A stretch of 63,991 nt of DNA, the filler included, from Klebsormidium nitens (Eukaryota > Plantae > Klebsormidiophyceae), in assembly GCA_000708835.1 (NCBI GenBank). It is 4 parts of 4 records of this genome, joined end to end, with 100 filler letters (N's around TTAATTAATTAA, not from the genome) between each part and the next. Parts side by side here need not be neighbours in the genome. Positions count along the whole stretch, not along the records: positions 54,673 to 57,928 come from DF238591.1; positions 58,029 to 63,991 come from DF238454.1; 2 more parts are not named here. One strand, 5' to 3'. The position numbers and the translations under genes were made by a program. Below the pieces are notes generated by a model. It was not told the DNA's origin. It did no database searches and was given only the letters and a program-made list of their open reading frames with translations. Below are positions 56,850-63,991 of the stretch, piece after piece (position 1 is the stretch's first letter; each line of letters starts with the position of its first letter).

Positions 56850-57482
56850 TCATGGGCACATCGTGATGGTGTAAGACGGCGCGGATCCGCACGTCCGCAC
56901 GGAGGTAGGGTCGTCGAAAGCGTAGGTGTAGGCGTCGGGGCAGAGCGTCTTGAAGTAGAGGGAGAGCTCGTTCGCAGGGCACGTCTCGGGCGTGCGGTGG
57001 TCCCCGGTGCAGCAGAATTCTGGCGCGGCGTACTTGCTGCAGGCGCTGAGGCACGGGGCGCCGTCGTACTCTACCAGATCGGCCGGGCACGCCGCCACGT
57101 CGAACGCGCACTGGATCGTCGGGCAGTTGTCGGAGGACGGCACGATGCGCATGCCGGAGTCGAAGCCGTCCACGATGCTGATATCGTAAAAGTCGTCGTT
57201 CGAGTCGTCGATGAAAAATTCCGCGAGGGTGTTGACTCGATCCTGAGTGGAGTTGTTCCAGATCCGGCCGCCCCATCCATGGGGGACGACGATCTGCGAC
57301 GATTCGGCGCCGGGGGCTAAAATTCTCGAAGGCGACGCATCTAGCAGCCCCCGCGTGCCATCGATGGCCCACGTCACCTCCGTCGAGCAGTTGTTGCGGA
57401 CGGTGAGAATCCTGCCGGAGCACGACTTCGCGGTCATGAGGGCGAGGAGGATGCCGATGATCAGAGAGGAACGCACCGCCAT
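56850..57482 (-). CDS. Secreted thaumatin-like protein (PR-5 family), intronless, internally deleted
   Basis: Signal peptide, then LTVRNNC, WGGRIW, TLAEF, DFYDISIVDGF, CLSAC, EFCCTG, YFKTLCPDAYTYAFDD and YTITMCP*. Confidence 0.9.
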   Translation of the reverse strand: MAVRSSLIIGILLALMTAKSCSGRILTVRNNCSTEVTWAIDGTRGLLDASPSRILAPGAESSQIVVPHGWGGRIWNNSTQDRVNTLAEFFIDDSNDDFYDISIVDGFDSGMRIVPSSDNCPTIQCAFDVAACPADLVEYDGAPCLSACSKYAAPEFCCTGDHRTPETCPANELSLYFKTLCPDAYTYAFDDPTSVRTCGSAPSYTITMCP

Positions 57483-57529
57483 GGAGCATATAAGAGAGTT
57501 GGCAAATTATCTGAGGCGACGAGGAGTCC

Positions 57530-57928
57530 TCAACGTAGGTGGTCGGCCGGCCGGAAGGACTCGTTGAGCAAGCAGAAGCGCTCGATGGCACCCTTGAAAC
57601 GACCGAAGTTGGCCGAAGGCGTCGCAACGAGGTCTTCCACCGTCTCGACGTCCCCTCCCGTCTCCTGAAAGAACTCCAAGCAGAGGAGACCCCTAGCGGA
57701 AGGACGATCCTCCTCCGGGCCTATGCAGGCCTCGATGAGGGCCCGCAGGTTTCGGTTCCGAACGAATTGCAACTCCTCCGGACGCGAGCCGCTCAACACC
57801 TCGAAGTACAGCTCGCTCACCGACTTCATCCGCCCGTACGGCTTCTTGAGCGTCGTGATCTGCAAGATCGTCATCCCCAGGGCGTACACGTCCGCCTTCA
57901 GCCCGTAGGACCCCCGCAGGACCTCCGG
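57530..57928 (-). CDS. WNK-like Ser/Thr kinase, C-lobe only (5' part lost in gap), intronless over the visible part
   Basis: PEVLRGSYGLKADVYALGMTILQITTLKKPY..SELYFEVLSGSRPEELQFVRNRNLRALIEACIG..DRPSARGLL..FF parallels WNK subdomains VIII-XI. Confidence 0.7.
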   Translation of the reverse strand, partial: PEVLRGSYGLKADVYALGMTILQITTLKKPYGRMKSVSELYFEVLSGSRPEELQFVRNRNLRALIEACIGPEEDRPSARGLLCLEFFQETGGDVETVEDLVATPSANFGRFKGAIERFCLLNESFRPADHLR

Positions 57929-58028
57929 NNNNNNNNNNNNNNNNNNNNNNNNNNNNNNNNNNNNNNNNNNNNTTAATTAATTAANNNNNNNNNNNNNNNN
58001 NNNNNNNNNNNNNNNNNNNNNNNNNNNN
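57929..58028. other. Assembly gap with TTAATTAATTAA linker
   Basis: 44 N, linker at 57973-57984, 44 N. Confidence 0.97.
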
Positions 58029-58348
58029 ACGTTTCAATATGAGCGCGGGAAACGCCGTGAAAGAGGCGTTGTGGTTCCGCAAACTCGGAGGAGATCTCGG
58101 GTTGGACCTCGGAGCGATCCTAATTCATTGCGACAACCAAGGCGCAATACGGCTCCTCAAGCATCCGATCGCTTCGCAGCGATCGAAGCACATCGACGTG
58201 ATTCATCACTTTGCGCGGGAGCGGGTGGCGCGGAAGGAGGTCGAGTTCGCGTATTGCAAGACGGAGGACATGAAGGCGGACATCTTGACCCAGGCGTTGG
58301 CGCACCCGGAAAGTTCTTGAAGTGCAAGAAGGAGATAGGAATTGCATA
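58029..58348 (+). mobile_element. Ty1/Copia LTR retrotransposon pol 3' end (RNase H), frameshifted near the end
   Basis: KEALWFRKL..IHCDNQGAIRLLKHPIASQRSKHIDVIHHFARERV..YCKTEDMKADILTQAL matches the Copia RNase H motifs. Confidence 0.92.
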
Positions 58349-58358
58349 GGATACTTAG

Positions 58359-58640
58359 TGCGTGGGGGAGTGTTAGAATTGGGCGGTACTAGCCTTGACT
58401 ACGGCCTAATATCCTATGATTTATCGTCCATAGAGTCGTAGGTTTGATGCATAACATCGGCCGTACGATTGTGAGCCTGCATGATTGAATATCCACCGTA
58501 GGATGTGCTAAACGTAAGCCGCAGGATTGAGTCCATTGTGCATGGGTTCTTTTGTGATGTGTATTTCGGTAAAGCCGTTTGATAGGTTCTTTTGTTGCCA
58601 ACGTCGAATAGGGACCGTCGATTTGTCGATTGGAACACCT
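58359..58640 (+). mobile_element. Copia polypurine tract and 3' LTR (right end approximate)
   Basis: GCGTGGGGGAG is followed immediately by TGTTAG at 58371, the canonical PPT/LTR start after pol. The LTR end was not determined. Confidence 0.7.
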
Positions 58641-59599
58641 AGGGTAGCTAGGCTTGAGCTAGGCTGTAATACTTGGACTCATGTAGCAAAAGAATCACAC
58701 TCATTCCTAGTAGTTGTGCACTTGAAAGGCGCTTGCTTTCTACACAGAGCATGTTAGCCATATCGGACAAACATTTTTGCCGTGAATGTTGGGGACACAA
58801 TTTGCAAGAAATAAATCGACTTGAAACCCGTATACCGGCTCTTTTCAATGGACACGGCAACATGAGAAGCCCACATAGAACCAGGACACGCCAATAAAAA
58901 ATGGTGTACCACTTCAACTCGTAAATGATATTAGTTCATGACCGCCGTCGAAGGCCAATTCGTTTGCCTTTGGACACGGGTTTGCTTAAAGGTGAAAGCT
59001 CGTTATAACAGCGCTAGCTTACACACAAAAGCTCTGACCACTTTTGGATGGCTATATTGGAAGCAACATCTCGAGCGTTCAGCGGCGTTCTTACTGCCGC
59101 ACAGCTGTACAAAAATATGCACATTTTCCCGCAAGTACTGTTCTTTTCTGAGTACAGTAACGAGGATTAACAAGGAAACGGACAAGCTTTTTTCTTGTCA
59201 AAACGTGAAAGTCTGTTTATAAGTCGACCGAAGTTCGACAGCCCGTTACAATGTCTATTCTTTTTCCACTCACTATTATACCGATTCCGATTCGCTGGTG
59301 GACTTTGAGACGCTTTGCAACCCGAATCGCTTTTCGACGTTTTGGCCGGGACCATCCGTGGCGCCCTCGTGTCCGGCTTGGAACCATTGTCTAAAGCCGA
59401 TTGGTCGCTTTATCCGGCTTGCCAAAGGGAATTGTCCCTCCCATCAAATTTGGACGAAGTCGAATTATTGTCCGTTTCACAGATGCTGGGAGAGATCGTT
59501 CTTTCGACCGGCCGCGTGCTTTTTTTGTCCAGATCTAAAATCTTTTGGCTGACCAAAACCGTTCCTCTCTCTTCCAAATGGGGGTCACTGTTCAAGGCC

Positions 59600-60620
59600 G
59601 AGTCCGAATGAGTGGCCGTCTTCGACTTGCTGTTTTCAACCGCCCTTCTGCCAGCCGGCTCCCCCGTGTCCGAATCTGCAGATAACTCTACGAATCCGTT
59701 TCACTTTCCGACTCCGACTTCCTCCTGTCCGAATTAAGATCACTGTCCGTGCCCGAGTCCGAATCGCTGTCTGTCTCCGATTGCTCTTTTGGACCGCCCG
59801 TTTGACTGCCGCCCCCCCCGTGTCCGAATAACTTTCCGAATCCGTTTCCCTTTCCGACACTGGCTTGCTGATCAAGACCGGCTACCTCGTGTCCGAATTA
59901 GTGTCACTGTCCGAGCCCGAGTCCGAATCGGAGTCCCAATCGCTGTCCCTATTCGACTTGCTGCTTTGGACCACCTCTTTGAGTGACCCGGCTCCCCTGT
60001 TTCCGTATGTGGAAAAAATCCTCCGAACCCAAGGTCGCTTTCCGGTCATCCTGGTCGCTCTCCGGCTTGCTGAACGATTGAGTCTTGTGACCGAACCGAT
60101 TTCCGCTTGTTAGCGGCCGAGCAATTATCCGAATCTTGTTCGCTTGCTAACCGAGACCGGCTTTCTCCAATTCTGTTCAACGTCATCGTCCGAGCTAGAG
60201 TCAGAATCCGAGTCGCTACTTGTCTCCGGCTTGTCGAATGTAACTCATCGTCGGAATGAATCCATTTCTAGCCTGTCCGCTTTTGATTCCCTCCCGAAGC
60301 TAAGTCTGCGCGTCGGCTCCCCGCTTGCTGGCCCGACCCAGCACTGTACCCGAAAGCAGCTTCCTCGTCTTCAAATTGCAGCCACTGTCCGAAATCGAGA
60401 CGCTCTCTGTCTCTCTCATGTTGCTGAACCGAACCGTCTTTCTGACACGAAGTTGGTCCCTCACGTCAGAGTTCAACTCAGTAGTCGAACGTGGTCCAAT
60501 ATTTGTCCGCGTTTGAATCGAATCAAGGCTTTTGTATTCGCAATCCAGTTTACTGACAAACCCGTCTGGAGAACCATCTTTGCTTTGTTGACCGGAATTC
60601 TTCGAACTCGGTGATCATAG
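59600..60620 (-). pseudogene. Decayed Ser/Asp-rich repetitive ORF (probably retroelement-derived) with degenerate tandem units of about 170 bp
   Basis: Minus-frame runs such as DSDSDSSSDDD and SNRDSDWDSDSDSGSDSDTNSDT are interrupted by stops. Repeated ccgagtccgaatcg / gtgtccgaat units. Confidence 0.4.
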
Positions 60621-60980
60621 TCAGCCGAATTACTGTCTGATTAAGATTCGGCCCGTGTTAGGGTATGAACTGGTGAATACCGACGTGCGTGTACTGCGGT
60701 TGGACGGTGAAACCGTTAAGCGGTTTGGAGGTTAGGCTGTTGAGAGCGGCCGTCAGTGTTAGCCGTACATAAGGATATCGAAGGCTAAGATCGAGTGTGA
60801 CTGTGAGCTAGACTAGTGAGCCTAGTAGTGTGACTTAGGCTAGTGAGCTCAGTAGGCTACTGAGCCCAGTGGAACGGGAAAGACCCGTAAGCCATATGAT
60901 GGTGGAAACCACTATTGTGATACATCATTCTAAGAGAGTTTTGTGGAGAGAAGGAAGCCGCTTGTGGGGCGCTTCGTGTG

Positions 60981-61863
60981 NNNNNNNNNNNNNNNNNNNN
61001 NNNNNNNNNNNNNNNNNNNNNNNNNNNNNNNNNNNNNNNNNNNNNNNNNNNNNNNNNNNNNNNNNNNNNNNNNNNNNNNNNNNNNNNNNNNNNNNNNNNN
61101 NNNNNNNNNNNNNNNNNNNNNNNNNNNNNNNNNNNNNNNNNNNNNNNNNNNNNNNNNNNNNNNNNNNNNNNNNNNNNNNNNNNNNNNNNNNNNNNNNNNN
61201 NNNNNNNNNNNNNNNNNNNNNNNNNNNNNNNNNNNNNNNNNNNNNNNNNNNNNNNNNNNNNNNNNNNNNNNNNNNNNNNNNNNNNNNNNNNNNNNNNNNN
61301 NNNNNNNNNNNNNNNNNNNNNNNNNNNNNNNNNNNNNNNNNNNNNNNNNNNNNNNNNNNNNNNNNNNNNNNNNNNNNNNNNNNNNNNNNNNNNNNNNNNN
61401 NNNNNNNNNNNNNNNNNNNNNNNNNNNNNNNNNNNNNNNNNNNNNNNNNNNNNNNNNNNNNNNNNNNNNNNNNNNNNNNNNNNNNNNNNNNNNNNNNNNN
61501 NNNNNNNNNNNNNNNNNNNNNNNNNNNNNNNNNNNNNNNNNNNNNNNNNNNNNNNNNNNNNNNNNNNNNNNNNNNNNNNNNNNNNNNNNNNNNNNNNNNN
61601 NNNNNNNNNNNNNNNNNNNNNNNNNNNNNNNNNNNNNNNNNNNNNNNNNNNNNNNNNNNNNNNNNNNNNNNNNNNNNNNNNNNNNNNNNNNNNNNNNNNN
61701 NNNNNNNNNNNNNNNNNNNNNNNNNNNNNNNNNNNNNNNNNNNNNNNNNNNNNNNNNNNNNNNNNNNNNNNNNNNNNNNNNNNNNNNNNNNNNNNNNNNN
61801 NNNNNNNNNNNNNNNNNNNNNNNNNNNNNNNNNNNNNNNNNNNNNNNNNNNNNNNNNNNNNNN
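60981..61863. other. Sized assembly gap (N run)
   Basis: Uninterrupted N run. Confidence 0.95.
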
Positions 61864-63991
61864 CAACACGATAAGACCCGATGACTAGTACCTCAACTAC
61901 ACTACGACTCCCCACCATCAGTTTCAACAGGAATCCCTCTTCAATCGCCGGTGAGAAGCGGACGTCCAAAAGTGCATGAGGGCCCGGATCGGAATTGCAA
62001 TCCATCTTCGGCTTATCTCATAGGAGTCTGGTTGGCTTCTCAGATCCGTGCTGCCTGGCTTTGCAGCGGATTCGGATTCTGACAACAACCCGCTGCCAAA
62101 AACGTCTTTGGATGGACCCAAAATGCTTCCAGCTGAAGGGGAATCCGGCATGAGGATTCGGACCGCGGTATAGAGGCGAGACGATATCCGAAGGCGCCTG
62201 TCCGAAGACGAGTCCGATTCCGGATGGCACCGCATCGGTTCAAAGGGAGTGACTTTGAAGCGCTTAATGCTGGAGAGAAGACCAATGCTTTCTTCAAAAC
62301 ACGGTCGAGTAAGTTAATACGCCAACGGCGGCTCCCGGATTCAACTTCGAGGTCGTAATCTATGCCCGCTAGATTCCTCCCCTCTTTATGCCACTCCTCC
62401 CAACAACTCCTTTGAGGCACACGACAAAGCGCCAGCTTATGCTGGTTAAAATCATATTTTCATGCTTGTCATAAGCTAGGGTCTAACCGCGCCTCACACA
62501 TAAGCGCCTTCACAAGGAAGCGCCTTTTCCCTTCAAGCATTTCTTAATGAATATCTTCGCATGACATTAGCCCAAAGTCACTTCAATCCCTTAGCTAGGT
62601 GTACTCTACCCTAGGTCGGATTTACTTCCACCACCCACTAGTCGGTTTTACACAATAAACTCCTTTCCATCAACCAGTCATTCTACCACTCACAATACGG
62701 CCTATCTTCCACTCGGACTGGCGACCGGAGCACTATACTACTAGTGGTCGGTGGTACCGTACTACTAGTGGTCGAGGTACTATACTTCTCGAGTCGACTC
62801 ACATCTAACGATCCACAATCCGAGTCAACACGCAATCCAACGGTTGATACTCAACGATACAACTTCTGGTTCTACGATCGATATTACACAACACAAAAAG
62901 AACTACGGTCGTTAATTAACACGACACGATCCACGATACTACGGCTCAAATCTATCGAGCCTAACAAAAGATATTGGCCGTCAATCAACTCGGTTTTTCA
63001 AAATTCCTAGCACTGACCACAAACGTGACGGTGCAGTGGTGCATGGCTCATGGCTCGAGAGATCAACCATTTTTTGGTCGCAAACGACACACGTGGGCAA
63101 GAAAAGAGCTCGAGAACTTGAGACCCTCCAGCTTAAAATCGACTCGACAATTGTTTATGTTTGCGCATTCACAGACTCGTTCCCAGATTAAACCACAAAA
63201 GCACCGAGTCCGACATGCATTGCAGCATTGAGAAAAGAGGCCAAGTCAGATGCATGAGGTTCCTCATTCGGATGAGAGCGAAGGCTTTTGACCCTCGCAG
63301 TCTTCAAATATTGTTCCGAACCAAAAATCGCACTAGGCATGACGGACCTGATAATTGTTCTAACAAGGACTGATCTTTCGAGCTAAAGGTTTGTAGGTCA
63401 AGGTTTGAGAGCTGCTCACCTTCGCTCTGGCTTGCCGTTTCAGCCGACAGTGGTCCCAGCTTCGTGCGCGGCGCCCTTCTCTTCCATACTCCTTCTGATC
63501 TATTTGGCGCGAATTGACGGATTAAGGTGACATGCTTGTTATAGCTTGTTCAATGTTGTTCCGGGGCCGACGCTAGTATCAATCGTCGTTCTTTTCCACA
63601 ATGGCATAAATTTCCCAGCTACTAGGATGTATGTAAAAGTTCAATTCATCGCTGCTCACCGACCTTTCAATGGGCCGTGGATTAAAGGTTTGTGCATCAA
63701 GGTGCCAGTCCTGACTTTTTGCATAGAGCTTTAAAAGGGCTGTGTGGTGACATGCTCGGACCGGGTTCGTCGAGGCAATTAGAGATATTTTTACAACATG
63801 GCTCTACGAACGTGTGAATATCACAGTCCATAAGCACGAGCACATGAAACAATATCCACTATAAACTAGTAGGCGGGTTTGAAAACGTTCTTTTCAACAT
63901 GAGCGAGCGCCTTCTCATACCTTAAAGCTAGATTGGGCTTTGTTGAAACACAGCGTTGTTGGAAGTGATATTCAATCAATCAAGTTCACAC

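Noticed and set aside
58603-59956. 13-bp inverted match GTCGAATAGGGAC
   Set aside because: Matches of this length are expected by chance in a window of this size.
60857-62005. Long ORFs spanning N runs in the ORF track
   Set aside because: Artefacts of translating assembly gaps.

Overview
This is eukaryotic, GC-rich, intron-dense genomic DNA. Gene content and splice style point to a streptophyte alga, Klebsormidium-like (inference). Seven intron-rich host genes can be traced: GWD1 (+), VTC1 (-), PI4K-beta (-), a CDK-like kinase (-), an SDG40-like SET protein (-), cytochrome c1 (+) and a PHT1 phosphate transporter (-). Repeat-rich intergenic DNA, a Copia 3' end and several assembly gaps lie between them. 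Three gaps carry an artificial TTAATTAATTAA linker. Four observations stand out. (1) PHT1 has two tandem 153-nt copies of the exon for the phosphate-binding helix, with intact splice sites and mostly synonymous divergence, consistent with mutually exclusive exons. (2) VTC1 needs a 6-nt microexon (Pro-Glu), and an 8-bp antisense element between two perfect U1 sites lies just downstream of it. (3) A gap-bounded 3.26-kb contig is about 91% coding and intronless. It packs a receiver domain, a NodZ/FUT8-like glycosyltransferase, an unknown protein, an internally deleted thaumatin and a WNK-like kinase, which looks like giant-virus or other foreign DNA. (4) A dispersed three-module repeat has modules that are individually inverted between its two copies. 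Exon boundaries were read by eye and no database searches were run.
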